Shown: piece by piece, positions 1 through 9,322 of the stretch
How the letters are laid out: every line of letters starts with the position of its first letter
Numbering within the stretch: the first letter of the stretch is position 1
DNA from: a virus
DNA: 64,000 nucleotides
IMG/VR virus record: IMGVR_UViG_3300042387_000725
Span: 1 to 64,000 of that record
Direction: 5' to 3' (one strand)
Notes under the pieces: model-generated
Databases searched by the model: none
What the model saw: only the letters and a program-made list of their open reading frames with translations
What the model was told of the DNA's origin: nothing
Translations under genes and position numbers: made by a program

Positions 1-1
1 A

Positions 2-1264
2 AACTCCAGCAGTAGTCTGAACATCAGCAGTAGATCCTCCTCCACCCTTATCAAACCAGTCATTAATAACTAGTTCTCCATCAAGATATAGTCTAGTACC
101 ATCATCTGCTGATGCTGTGATGTACTGTGTTCCAGTATATTGTGGTGTCCAAAGTCCTTGCCACCTTACTTGAAAATCTTCTGTAACAGTTGTAGTTGTT
201 TGAGTAGTTGCAGATACATTGTCAACACCATAGTAATCCCAGTTTGCTGGAATATTTATTGTTGCAATAGTTTTTCCTGCAGGTGCTGTAATTACTTCTT
301 GATGCACATAGTTAGGGTATGTTTCGCTGACATTATGCTGAATACTAAAGTTGCTTGTAGTTCCATCTGTATATGTAACTACGGCATCATGGTCACCATT
401 TTTAGCAAATACCTGAAAACTTGCAGAGGTTGTGTTTGATGGCATAGTTATAAGAGTGTCAGCAGTTGATCCTCTCAGGGTAAGGGAAGGGTCTTGTCCA
501 GGACCAGGGAATCCGATTGATCCAATGTAAACCTGATTATTGTTTGTAGTTGAAACTGGTGTTCCATTTACTGTAATACCTATTGAAGTGTTGAGTGTAT
601 TATTATTAAAAGTTTCAGTAATTGTTGTTGTTCCACCATTGACTGTTGGACCACTACTACCCCATTGTTCATTAATACCATTTGTATCTGTTCCAGTGTA
701 AACTAAATTTCCACCCATTGCAGGAGAGGCATTTGTTCCTGGGTTATGATAAACAGTCATTGTCAAACCAGGACTAGTGTTTGCATTTACTACTGCAGTA
801 GCAGAGTCTACTAAGCCTATATTTGTTCCAACTACTACTGTTTGTGAGTCTACTGCGATCTGAGCAATTTCAACATTTTCTTCAGCCTCAGCAACTAAAA
901 CGGTAGCAGAATCAACTTGAGCCACAGCCACAGTAGCACTATCTACTACTGATTGAGCCTGTAGTATTGAGTCCTGAGCCTGTGTGATAGTGGCTGTAAT
1001 GGTCTCTGTAGGGCTTGTAATGGCTGTTGCTTGGGTCTCTATAAGTGCCGTTGCACTTTCAGCCTGAGTGATTGCAGTCTGTGCTGCCTCTATAATGACT
1101 GTTGAATTTGGTGTTATTACTACCGTAGATGTGTCAGAATATGAAACTTGAACAGTTACCTCATCTGCATGAGCATAGTCTGCTGGAAAAAAAATAAGCC
1201 AAATCCCCACCAAAAAAGCTACTACCCCACTTTTTATGAGGAGTTTTTTAATAGAGGGCCACAT
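2..1264 (-). CDS. Secreted PA14-domain protein (3' end runs off the window; not in the ORF track)
   Basis: Manual translation from ATG at 1264: MWPSIKKLLIKSGVVAFLVGIWLIFFPADYAHA (signal peptide, AHA site), an Ala/Thr/Gln-rich helical segment, then PA14 motifs GLTMTVY...NEQWG and EDFQVRWQG...ASADDGTRLYLDGELVINDW. The frame is open to the window edge. Confidence 0.8.
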   Translation of the reverse strand, partial: MWPSIKKLLIKSGVVAFLVGIWLIFFPADYAHADEVTVQVSYSDTSTVVITPNSTVIIEAAQTAITQAESATALIETQATAITSPTETITATITQAQDSILQAQSVVDSATVAVAQVDSATVLVAEAEENVEIAQIAVDSQTVVVGTNIGLVDSATAVVNANTSPGLTMTVYHNPGTNASPAMGGNLVYTGTDTNGINEQWGSSGPTVNGGTTTITETFNNNTLNTSIGITVNGTPVSTTNNNQVYIGSIGFPGPGQDPSLTLRGSTADTLITMPSNTTSASFQVFAKNGDHDAVVTYTDGTTSNFSIQHNVSETYPNYVHQEVITAPAGKTIATINIPANWDYYGVDNVSATTQTTTTVTEDFQVRWQGLWTPQYTGTQYITASADDGTRLYLDGELVINDWFDKGGGGSTADVQTTAGV

Positions 1265-1287
1265 CCTTTCCGATGTTTAATAGCCCT

Positions 1288-1296
1288 ATTATATCA
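1288..1296 (-). promoter_or_regulatory. Extended -10 promoter TGATATAAT
   Basis: Minus-strand TGnTATAAT just downstream of the terminator and upstream of the PA14 gene. Confidence 0.65.
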
Positions 1297-1308
1297 TTTT
1301 ATAGGCAC

Positions 1309-1336
1309 AAAAAAGGGAGCCAGTTGCCTGACTCCC
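1309..1336 (-). terminator. Rho-independent terminator
   Basis: Minus strand GGGAGTCAG-GCAA-CTGGCTCCC-TTTTTT (GNRA loop, one G-U pair), just after the 564-aa gene. Confidence 0.85.
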
Positions 1337-1352
1337 CTAATTGTTGGATTAT

Positions 1353-3047
1353 TTATGCACGAACCTTCTTCTGGATCTTTACGACCAGTGAAGTAAGTGA
1401 TGTCAACTGCTTCTTAAGTGAAGCAATCAACGATGCAACTTGTGTAGACAATGCTGCTACAGCATCTACTGCTGCCTTAGCTTGTGCTGTTGCTGCTTCT
1501 GCTGCCTTAGTTGCTGACTCTGCTGCAAGAACTGCTGCATCTGCTGCCTTTGCTGCTTCCTTTGCTGCTTCTGAAGCCTTGTTTGTAACCTTTGCTGTTG
1601 CAGATACTTCTACCTGACCAGCAGTTGGAAGAGATGATCCACCCTTTGCAGTTACCTTAACCTCAGTCTCAGTCAATGGCATGAATACCTTGAATGTCTT
1701 AACTGTTGATGTATCTGTTGTTACAGAGACTCCAGTTAGAACATCTGATCCTGAACCAAATGCATATGATGAAGTGATTCCACCTGTAGCAAATAGGTTA
1801 GCATGTGTCTTTGCAGACAATGGGAGACCTGCTGCATCTACTGGTGTTACAGTAATTGTTGCTGCCTCACCTGGAAGATACTCAGCCTTATCAAATTCAA
1901 TCTTGACTGCTGCAAGTGCAGACTCTACACGAACTGGTACTGCAATTGCTGAGATAGTTCCAGACTTAACTGTAACTGCTACTCCACCTGCTGCTACACC
2001 TGTAAGTGTAAATAGGGCTTCTCCGTTAACAATAGTTGCTGCTGTACCTGAGTCAGATACGATTGATGTATTGCTTGAGAAAGCATTTAGCGTTCCTGCT
2101 CCTACTGTTACGCCTGATGCATCGTATGCAACTGCCTTAACTGTTGAAACATTTGCACCTGTTGCGATAACAGTCTTAACTGTAGTTGCAACGATTGAGG
2201 CGATATCGCCGTAGAAGGTTACCTTCTCTGTTGCAATAACTGTGCCTGTAAGAGTTGTAAGAGTAATTGTTCCAACTCCTGCTGTGCCGTCAGCAAAAAC
2301 ACCAATGTGGCTTCCTGAAGGAATTACCAGTGAGCGACCCTGTGCAGAGATAGTCGTAGCATTTGAACCATGACCAATCAAACCTGAACCTGAAACTGTT
2401 GCAAGAATTGACTCTGTTGCATTTCCGCCTGCTGCATTCTTAGGTGTAACAACAATTACTGCTGCTGCATCTGTAGAAGTAGCCTTTGGAGCAAACACAG
2501 AATCATCTGCTGTTGCTGTAGTAACTTCACCACGATTAAGAATTGAAGTTGTTGTTGCTGCAGAAGGTGTAATATCTGCTGCCTTAACTGTTACTGTCCA
2601 TGCAACTGATGGACCTGTTGCTGGGCGAGTTGTTAGAATACGTGCTTCATATGTACCAGCAACTGATGGGGCAACCAATGAAACTGTAAACTTTGCAGTT
2701 ACATATCCTGGTGTACCAACTGTTGAATTAACATCTGCTGAAAGTCCACCTGCTGCAATTGCAACTGTAGATGTTGTTGTTTCAAGCAATGAAAGTGTTG
2801 CTGACTTGTTTGAGCCTGATGGCTGTGCAAAAATAGCAGATAGCACAGTAGCTGTGTCTGCTGCTGTTTCTGAAATAAATGACAATGTAACTACTGCTGT
2901 AGCAGTCTCACCAGCAGTGATTGCATCTGTAGCAGAGTCAATCGTTAGCGTTGGTGCGATTACAGCAGCACTTGTCGGAAGTGCTGACATAACGCCAAAG
3001 GACATTGCTGCAGCGAGTCCTAGGGCAATTTTCTTAAATGAATTCAT
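1353..3047 (-). CDS. Secreted Ala/Thr/Val-rich surface (S-layer/Ig-like) protein with C-terminal coiled coil
   Basis: Signal peptide MNSFKKIALGLAAAMSFGVMSALPTSA; beta-rich repeats resembling Ig-like domains; Ala-rich helix ending in a basic tail (VKIQKKVRA); AAGGAG RBS. Confidence 0.7.
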   Translation of the reverse strand: MNSFKKIALGLAAAMSFGVMSALPTSAAVIAPTLTIDSATDAITAGETATAVVTLSFISETAADTATVLSAIFAQPSGSNKSATLSLLETTTSTVAIAAGGLSADVNSTVGTPGYVTAKFTVSLVAPSVAGTYEARILTTRPATGPSVAWTVTVKAADITPSAATTTSILNRGEVTTATADDSVFAPKATSTDAAAVIVVTPKNAAGGNATESILATVSGSGLIGHGSNATTISAQGRSLVIPSGSHIGVFADGTAGVGTITLTTLTGTVIATEKVTFYGDIASIVATTVKTVIATGANVSTVKAVAYDASGVTVGAGTLNAFSSNTSIVSDSGTAATIVNGEALFTLTGVAAGGVAVTVKSGTISAIAVPVRVESALAAVKIEFDKAEYLPGEAATITVTPVDAAGLPLSAKTHANLFATGGITSSYAFGSGSDVLTGVSVTTDTSTVKTFKVFMPLTETEVKVTAKGGSSLPTAGQVEVSATAKVTNKASEAAKEAAKAADAAVLAAESATKAAEAATAQAKAAVDAVAALSTQVASLIASLKKQLTSLTSLVVKIQKKVRA

Positions 3048-3062
3048 CTTTCTCCTTGTTAG

Positions 3063-4847
3063 TTATATTATGTTTAAATTATCAAGAAAATCCTGAATTT
3101 CTTCTGGAATCTTCTTGTTGTCTAATTCTATCATAGACCTTTGCTTATCTGCAAGTCTAGAGGAAGTAGACCATGTGTGGACATCAATCTCAAGATTGTT
3201 ATCCTTTTGTGTATGTGATATTGCTCCAAAAACGGCTCCGCATACTGCGTCTGCCAAGTCTTTAGATTTCTTTCTAGGGTGATCTACACGATTACCCTTC
3301 ATGATTTTTAGCTCTGACATTTCTTCCAGAAGTAAAGGAATCATGGGCATAGCAACACGCTCTTCATAGATCATCATTGCTAAATCTTCATAATGTTTTT
3401 TTGCAACAGAAACAGTATCAGTTTTAATACCTACAGCCTTTAGTTCTTGCTGAATATCAAATGACTGCCAACGGTCAAATGAAACCATTCCTATATTAAA
3501 CCCTTGTCTACGTAAATTCTGAATCCACTGCTTAACTTCTGATAAATTTACTGGTCCTTCTGCTCGTGGCTCCCACCAAGCAACTGCATCAACTATGACT
3601 ATTGGAGCAACCTGTTCATAATCTTTTATAACCTGAATATTAACCCATTTATCAACATGTGCAATTGCTACTGCACACTTGTCATGCTTTTGTGCAAGGT
3701 CAGCATGGATATAATATGTCTTGTCTGGATCTGGTGTAAATGATTCTTCAAATCTTCTAAAGTTGTCTACAGGATTTCTTAAAGTCATACATTTTTCTAA
3801 CTTATCTTTTTGTTTAAAAAATGCATCTGATGAATAAGTTGGCATACACGCAAAACGCATCATTGCATCTGCAAGGTCTGTATAGAATGCAATCTTAAAA
3901 TCATCAATCTTTCGTGTAGGGTTTACTTCCCACGTAGGCTTCTTAAATGCTAATACCTTTGGTATCTTATAAGAGATAATTGTATCTTCATCCCAAGATA
4001 TATCAAACTGGTTTCCTGGATCATCGTGAGGCAGGTCCTCATTTATTATAAAGGTATATGTCTTTTCAACAGTTTCTTTTTCAGCAATAACAGCTTCATA
4101 TCGTTGAGAAATAAAGTCACCTTGATAACGGGGGAATGAAAGCAAAACAACCTTACCAAGGTCTGGGAAACGAGAATCTACGGTACCACGGAATGCTTTA
4201 TAGATATTGTCTGCAGTCTTGCCCTGCTCATTTCCAGTACCAACCTCACTAGCAAAACCAGAAATTTCATCAAGCACTGCCATAAACAAGTTTAAACCCT
4301 CATGTGATTCACGCTCTGAGTGACCAGAATAAACAGTTACAGATTTATCAAAATCAATTGAGTCTGCTTTAGCATTAAACTTTCCAGCAAACCATGGTGA
4401 TCGTTCAATCTTAGATTTAAAACCTTTAAAGAAAACATTCTTAGCCTGCTGTGCGTTAATAGCAACGTTAATAATATCAATAGCATCTCCTGCAGGCTTG
4501 CCATAGTAGACTGCTGGATCCTTTAGACATAGCAACTTATACACTGTATATGCACAGGCTACTGTAGATACAAAGTCCTTACCGCTACCCTTGCCAAGTT
4601 GCAGAATAATCTCGTTCTTTGTATATTTATTATAGTATTTTGTACCTTCAGCAGACCCGTAAAGTTCTTCAAGATCTTCTTTACGATAGATCTGGCTCAT
4701 TGCTTCAACAATGTCATATTGAATTTCAGACAGCTTTGGCTGTCCTAAATATTCTGGAGACTCAACAAATGTTTTTGCGTCAACAGGCTTTTCAATAAAA
4801 TGATTTTCTTTAAGTACTTCAAAGAAATCATTGAACATCGTGGACAA
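3063..4847 (-). CDS. terL: Terminase large subunit
   Basis: Walker A GKGSGKD, Walker B MAVLDE, RNase H-like YIHADLA, C-terminal DH...SKDLADA. Confidence 0.92.
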   Translation of the reverse strand: MSTMFNDFFEVLKENHFIEKPVDAKTFVESPEYLGQPKLSEIQYDIVEAMSQIYRKEDLEELYGSAEGTKYYNKYTKNEIILQLGKGSGKDFVSTVACAYTVYKLLCLKDPAVYYGKPAGDAIDIINVAINAQQAKNVFFKGFKSKIERSPWFAGKFNAKADSIDFDKSVTVYSGHSERESHEGLNLFMAVLDEISGFASEVGTGNEQGKTADNIYKAFRGTVDSRFPDLGKVVLLSFPRYQGDFISQRYEAVIAEKETVEKTYTFIINEDLPHDDPGNQFDISWDEDTIISYKIPKVLAFKKPTWEVNPTRKIDDFKIAFYTDLADAMMRFACMPTYSSDAFFKQKDKLEKCMTLRNPVDNFRRFEESFTPDPDKTYYIHADLAQKHDKCAVAIAHVDKWVNIQVIKDYEQVAPIVIVDAVAWWEPRAEGPVNLSEVKQWIQNLRRQGFNIGMVSFDRWQSFDIQQELKAVGIKTDTVSVAKKHYEDLAMMIYEERVAMPMIPLLLEEMSELKIMKGNRVDHPRKKSKDLADAVCGAVFGAISHTQKDNNLEIDVHTWSTSSRLADKQRSMIELDNKKIPEEIQDFLDNLNII

Positions 4848-5364
4848 CTGTGATCACTTCTCCTTCTTTTGCAACAGCTGAAAGGCGTTGCATAATAATA
4901 TCACGAACCTCTGGATGGGAAGATGCAATATCTCTTAGGATACCAACAAGAACTTCTTGTCTACGCTCAATCTCAACCATCTCTTCTGCAAGCTCTTTGT
5001 TCTCAAGAAGCCCAGCCTTTTGTAGCATATCAATACGCTTAGACTCAATATCCATAACAAGTTTAATTGCAGCAGTCTTTGCACTAAGATTGTTAGTCAT
5101 TGATGCTTCATCTATAACTTCATAAGATTTTGTAATCAACTTGCTATAGTGAGTATCAGCACCAACCAAGGCTTCTTTGGCACGAGCACGGATTGCTGCA
5201 TTATCAGATGCCATGGCTTTCCACTCATTGATAAGTGTAACAACACGAGTGCGTGGAATATCTAACTCTTTTGAAATTACTGTTGGGTCATTACCCTTGA
5301 GATATTCACTTACAACGGTATTAACTTGATCAAGGTGTTTGACTAGATCTTCTTCAGTTGACAT
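4828..5364 (-). CDS. Probable terminase small subunit (N-terminal HTH, helical)
   Basis: Immediately upstream of and overlapping terL; HTH-like PTVISKELDIPRTRV followed by coiled coil. Confidence 0.6.
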   Translation of the reverse strand: MSTEEDLVKHLDQVNTVVSEYLKGNDPTVISKELDIPRTRVVTLINEWKAMASDNAAIRARAKEALVGADTHYSKLITKSYEVIDEASMTNNLSAKTAAIKLVMDIESKRIDMLQKAGLLENKELAEEMVEIERRQEVLVGILRDIASSHPEVRDIIMQRLSAVAKEGEVITVVHDVQ

Positions 5365-5596
5365 ACTTACCTTCTAGTCTATTAATTTCATCTTTAATAT
5401 AAAAGATTGCCTTCTCTAAATCCTGAATTGTCTTTGCTTCATCTTTAAGTCCAGCTCTCCACAGATACTTAAAAGCATTTCCAATATTGAAATTACGATG
5501 ACGAGTAATCTGAATACATTCAACACCAGAAGGATCTGATGTGTAGTGCATAGGATGGTTAACTTGGTCAACCGTAATGTTTAGATTATTACTCAT
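5354..5596 (-). CDS. DUF3310 / SaV-like protein (T7 gp1.7-like)
   Basis: D.VNHP.HY...ECI...FNIGNAFKYLWRAG.K...DL.KA.FY signature. Confidence 0.85.
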   Translation of the reverse strand: MSNNLNITVDQVNHPMHYTSDPSGVECIQITRHRNFNIGNAFKYLWRAGLKDEAKTIQDLEKAIFYIKDEINRLEGKYVN

Positions 5597-5708
5597 CTTC
5601 TTCCCATTCAAAAGCTTCTGGCAAACCTTTTAGTGCTGTTATAACATAGGTCAGTCCTACTGCACCTGCAACACTTAAACCAATAATAATCTTTTGTACT
5701 TTATTCAT
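5589..5708 (-). CDS. Small membrane protein (39 aa)
   Basis: MNKVQKIIIGLSVAGAVGLTYVITALKG..., one hydrophobic helix and an acidic tail; ATGA overlap with the upstream gene. Confidence 0.55.
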   Translation of the reverse strand: MNKVQKIIIGLSVAGAVGLTYVITALKGLPEAFEWEEDE

Positions 5709-5860
5709 CGTCTTGACTTCCTTAGTCCGAATTTTGCAAGGTATACATAGATTGTTTCTACGCTTGCCCCACATTCTTTAGCAATATCTTCTGGAGACTT
5801 TTTATCAATAACAAACCTCTTGCGAAGCCAAATCTCACTTGTATATAGTTTACCAGCCAT
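5705..5860 (-). CDS. Small HTH DNA-binding protein (51 aa; not in the ORF track)
   Basis: Manual translation MAGKLYTSEIWLRKRFVIDKKSPEDIAKECGASVETIYVYLAKFGLRKSRR; HTH pattern; fills the gap exactly. Confidence 0.75.
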   Translation of the reverse strand: MAGKLYTSEIWLRKRFVIDKKSPEDIAKECGASVETIYVYLAKFGLRKSRR

Positions 5861-5864
5861 AATG

Positions 5865-6440
5865 TTATTTGTCAACCCCTATCGCTTTACCCCAATTACT
5901 AAGAGCCCAATGCCCAATGCCACAGGCATCTGCAACATCGTTATCAGTAATAGTTCTATCATAAATAGTATTTATAAACTTAATTGTTCTTTCTTTTCTA
6001 AGGTTTCTTTCATATGACTTATACCAAGATATTGATTTGCCAGGATTTTGTGAACGGATATATAGTTGCTCATCTTTAGATATCTTCTTGTTACCAATAA
6101 AATTTTGCCAGGTAATAGGTGATACTTTGCCAACAGTTGTGATACCACACATAGCAGCAGCACCTAATAGGGCTCCTTGAACAAGAGCAAGATCAGCAGC
6201 AGTCTTAGGACTATTCATAAATACTGTGTGTTCAATAACAATGGCATCTGCCTTCATTACCGTTTCAAAATATGCTTTAGTTTTCTTAGCTGCATCCCCA
6301 ACTTTTTCGTAAATATCTTTACCTTCAAAGTTTATCTTGCCAACTTCTTTTAACTCTTCACCCGCAAATACAGCAAAGGCAAGACTATTAGTACTAGCAT
6401 CAATAGCACAAATTCTTTCTGGTTTAGTTGTCTTGTTCAT
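5865..6440 (-). CDS. RuvC-like Holliday junction resolvase
   Basis: ICAIDASTNSLAFA, IVIEH and DVADACGI acidic triad. Confidence 0.8.
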   Translation of the reverse strand: MNKTTKPERICAIDASTNSLAFAVFAGEELKEVGKINFEGKDIYEKVGDAAKKTKAYFETVMKADAIVIEHTVFMNSPKTAADLALVQGALLGAAAMCGITTVGKVSPITWQNFIGNKKISKDEQLYIRSQNPGKSISWYKSYERNLRKERTIKFINTIYDRTITDNDVADACGIGHWALSNWGKAIGVDK

Positions 6441-6717
6441 AATCAATAAACCCCTTTATTTGCTTTAACATCTTGTCTACTTCTTTTTTATTAATGTTAC
6501 AATTTTTACAAAATCCAGACTCATTATAGATAGACAACTGTAGTCCACATCCACCAATACATAATCTTTTTTTACCTATTCGTTTTTGTGTACGAGTAAG
6601 ATTATATCTTTCTGCAATTTTTTGTTTTGTTGCTGCATCTCTACAAGCTTCTCCACAGTAAATTTGATAATTTACTTTTGGAATAAATAGAGTTTCACAT
6701 CTGTCACATGGTTTCAC
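6424..6717 (-). CDS. Cys-rich zinc-binding protein
   Basis: CxxC...YCxxxC and CxxxC...CxxC clusters. Confidence 0.6.
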   Translation of the reverse strand: MKPCDRCETLFIPKVNYQIYCGEACRDAATKQKIAERYNLTRTQKRIGKKRLCIGGCGLQLSIYNESGFCKNCNINKKEVDKMLKQIKGFIDYEQDN

Positions 6718-7519
6718 TTAGCCCCTCCAGGGACTTAATTTTAATCACTCCAGCGCCAGCATCAGCACATGCTTGCTGAATAGGACAAGTCTTACATATT
6801 TTTGAGTTAGAGCGATAATTTTTTGTAGGCAATGTCTTTGCTACCCAAGCAGAACGAACATCACGCATCCACTGAAATGCTGCATCAATCCATTGACGAT
6901 AATTATCATCTACTTCAACTGGAAGAACAAGCAGTTCGTGATTGTTTTTATTTTCATAAATCAATACACCCTTCTTCTTGCCAAGTATTTTCATATAAAT
7001 AAGCAATTGAATTAAGTGACCAGTCTTTGGCTTCATAGAGTTCTTACGATACTCAAAACCTTCATTGAGCATTGTTTTGATTTCTCCAACTATTTCTTCG
7101 CCTTCCCATTCAATCATTGCATCGCCATATCCAAAGATTGGTGGATCATCATGTCTAATCTTAAACTCTGTTGTTGGCTGGTTATCATCATCACGATAAA
7201 TCTTTGCCAAACCAGAATTCATCATTGCCTCTTGAATTCTTCCATGAGACAAAGTTCCAGCAGTCATATTAGCTGCACCATAAGCATCAGCATTATCTTC
7301 AAATGTAGCACCCTCAAAAGCAAGATACCAATATCTTGGACACTCTCCATGGCTATAGGAAATTGTTGATGGAGCAAAGGTCTTCTTAGTCTGAAACTTT
7401 GGACCACGATTAATCACATATCCAGACTTAATCTTTTCAATCATAGCCTGTCCATCTAGAAAACTTTGCTTATTAGCCATACTTTTTATCATAACACTCT
7501 GTAGTAAATTTTTAGTCAT
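6704..7519 (-). CDS. Cas4-like PD-(D/E)XK exonuclease
   Basis: N-terminal CPR, GYGD...EIKT, QLLIY and C-terminal CKTCPIQQAC (4-Cys Fe-S staple). Confidence 0.85.
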   Translation of the reverse strand: MTKNLLQSVMIKSMANKQSFLDGQAMIEKIKSGYVINRGPKFQTKKTFAPSTISYSHGECPRYWYLAFEGATFEDNADAYGAANMTAGTLSHGRIQEAMMNSGLAKIYRDDDNQPTTEFKIRHDDPPIFGYGDAMIEWEGEEIVGEIKTMLNEGFEYRKNSMKPKTGHLIQLLIYMKILGKKKGVLIYENKNNHELLVLPVEVDDNYRQWIDAAFQWMRDVRSAWVAKTLPTKNYRSNSKICKTCPIQQACADAGAGVIKIKSLEGLSETM

Positions 7520-7541
7520 TTTTTATCCTTTGTTTTATATA

Positions 7542-7550
7542 AGTATAGCA
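7542..7550 (-). promoter_or_regulatory. Extended -10 promoter TGCTATACT
   Basis: Intergenic, upstream of the Cas4-like gene and its AAAGGA RBS. Confidence 0.6.
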
Positions 7551-7552
7551 GG

Positions 7553-7867
7553 TTAACGCATTATGTATTTAAGTGCTGATACCAAGTTATTAATAGATTC
7601 TGCTGCTGTATAGTAAATATTTTTCTTTGCACGATCATTTTTGTCTACATTTGCCATCCAGGTAGCCTTTAAAGCCATCTTTGCTGCAATTGCCTGTAAT
7701 CTTACAATCTCAATACTGGCTACCTGAGTAGGGATATCTGGCTTAATTATGACCTTTGCAATAAATGTTAGGGCAGTAGTAAGTTCTTCATCCTGCATAT
7801 AGTCTGCAATTTCTGTTAAACCATTCACCATATCTAGTGTTGTTTGCTGTGGTCCTGTTTCAGTCAT
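7553..7867 (-). CDS. Hypothetical helical protein
   Basis: Coupled ORF with GAGGGG RBS; no recognisable motif. Confidence 0.7.
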   Translation of the reverse strand: MTETGPQQTTLDMVNGLTEIADYMQDEELTTALTFIAKVIIKPDIPTQVASIEIVRLQAIAAKMALKATWMANVDKNDRAKKNIYYTAAESINNLVSALKYIMR

Positions 7868-8153
7868 TTTGTTCCCCCTCTGTTAGTTGCTCTAATAGTT
7901 CTACTTCAATTACTGCTAATCTTACTTTAGCATTACCCTCGCCTAAAACAATAAAGATTGCTGGATCATTATGATTTTTTATAGCATCTGTAACAGCTTT
8001 AGCCCATATATCTTTATTTATGGTTATGCCTTTGGGATACTCTTTAAAGTCAACCGTAAAGTTTCTCCAAGTAGCATCACCTTTATGTGTTCCTCTTCCA
8101 GAGTTTTTATGCTGCTTAGCACCAATCCTCTTTGACTCACTTCTTTCGCTCAT
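7860..8153 (-). CDS. Small PD-(D/E)XK nuclease / archaeal-type resolvase-like protein
   Basis: E...SG...KGD...VDFKE pattern. Confidence 0.6.
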   Translation of the reverse strand: MSERSESKRIGAKQHKNSGRGTHKGDATWRNFTVDFKEYPKGITINKDIWAKAVTDAIKNHNDPAIFIVLGEGNAKVRLAVIEVELLEQLTEGEQND

Positions 8154-8316
8154 AATCCTTCTTTGTAAAAATTAATGGAACCCTTGATATGTGCTTGTTC
8201 GTACACATCCAGGTTAATTCCGCAGTTTCAAGCCATAAACGTAAAGATTTTACTTCTTGTTTGCAAGTTTGACAGTGAAACTCACCATTAAAAACTTTAA
8301 ACTTTTCGTTATACAT
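8137..8316 (-). CDS. Small zinc-ribbon protein (59 aa; not in the ORF track)
   Basis: Manual translation MYNEKFKVFNGEFHCQTCKQEV...TWMCTNKHISRV...; CxxC...CxxxH; overlaps both neighbours. Confidence 0.7.
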   Translation of the reverse strand: MYNEKFKVFNGEFHCQTCKQEVKSLRLWLETAELTWMCTNKHISRVPLIFTKKDYERKK

Positions 8317-9322
8317 TCATCAACTTATTCTTTAAAGATTCCTGTAGATCAAGATCTTCTTTAACACGATTGATAAAACCTTCACGTCCTTGTACCTTAG
8401 TTCCATCTTCAAGTTTATACCAGGCTCCTGTACGTTCTACAAGTCCAGCTAACTCTGCAGTGTCAACAAGATCACCAATTGTATCAATGCCAACCTCGTC
8501 ACCTCTGAAATAAAAATCATATTCTCCAGATTGGAAACCAGCAGATGTTTTAGAGAATTGTAATTCCCACTTAATCTTGCGACCAATCTTTTCTTCAATA
8601 AGTTTATCTCCTACCTGAATCTTTCCCTTAATCGCTTGGTTATCTGACTCAGAGGAAAATAACTTAATAACAGTTGAGGAATAAAACTTAGTAGCCTGAC
8701 CACCAGAAGGCTGCTGACTAGTATACATAGCACTGATATTGTTACGAGACTGAGAAATAAGAACAAGCAAAGTTGGCTTAACTTTATTGTTTGCGTAGTT
8801 AAGCATCTTCCACGCATTACTAAAGTCTCTAGACTCAGCACCGATTTGTTTGGTATTCTCAAGTTGCTTAAGTTCATCTGTGTCCTTCTCAAAATAAATA
8901 GCAGGCAGCAGAGATGTAATACTGTCTACAACAATTATATCAACACCAGCATTCATTAGACTTGTGCCAACATCTACCATCTCATTAATAGTACGAGCTT
9001 GTGAGTAAATAAGCTTTGTTGAATCTACCCCAAGCTTTTCAGCCCAATCAGAATCATATGACATTTCTGCATCAATCCATGCACAAACCTTTCCTTCTGC
9101 TTGTGCCTGAGCAATCATCTGAAGGCACATAGAAGACTTTGCAGAGGATTTAGAGCCCCATACAAGAACTTGTCTACCATAAGGTAGGCCACCCTTTAAT
9201 GCTCTGTTAAGGCCAAAGCTAGGTGTTGCTGCATAGTCAACCTTTTGCCCAGTAGCATCACCTAAGCGCTTACGAATACGTGGGTCTAACTGTGCTAATA
9301 CTTCTTCCATTGTTACTGACAT
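8309..9322 (-). CDS. recA: RecA/UvsX-like recombinase
   Basis: GGLPYGR, Walker A variant GSKSSAKS, WIDAE, IIVVDS, GG.A.KFYSS, GAWY. Confidence 0.92.
   Translation of the reverse strand: MSVTMEEVLAQLDPRIRKRLGDATGQKVDYAATPSFGLNRALKGGLPYGRQVLVWGSKSSAKSSMCLQMIAQAQAEGKVCAWIDAEMSYDSDWAEKLGVDSTKLIYSQARTINEMVDVGTSLMNAGVDIIVVDSITSLLPAIYFEKDTDELKQLENTKQIGAESRDFSNAWKMLNYANNKVKPTLLVLISQSRNNISAMYTSQQPSGGQATKFYSSTVIKLFSSESDNQAIKGKIQVGDKLIEEKIGRKIKWELQFSKTSAGFQSGEYDFYFRGDEVGIDTIGDLVDTAELAGLVERTGAWYKLEDGTKVQGREGFINRVKEDLDLQESLKNKLMNV

Noticed and set aside
6704-7519. CRISPR-Cas system suggested by the Cas4-like gene
   Set aside because: No cas1/cas2, effector or array is present; solo Cas4-like nucleases are common in phage recombination modules.
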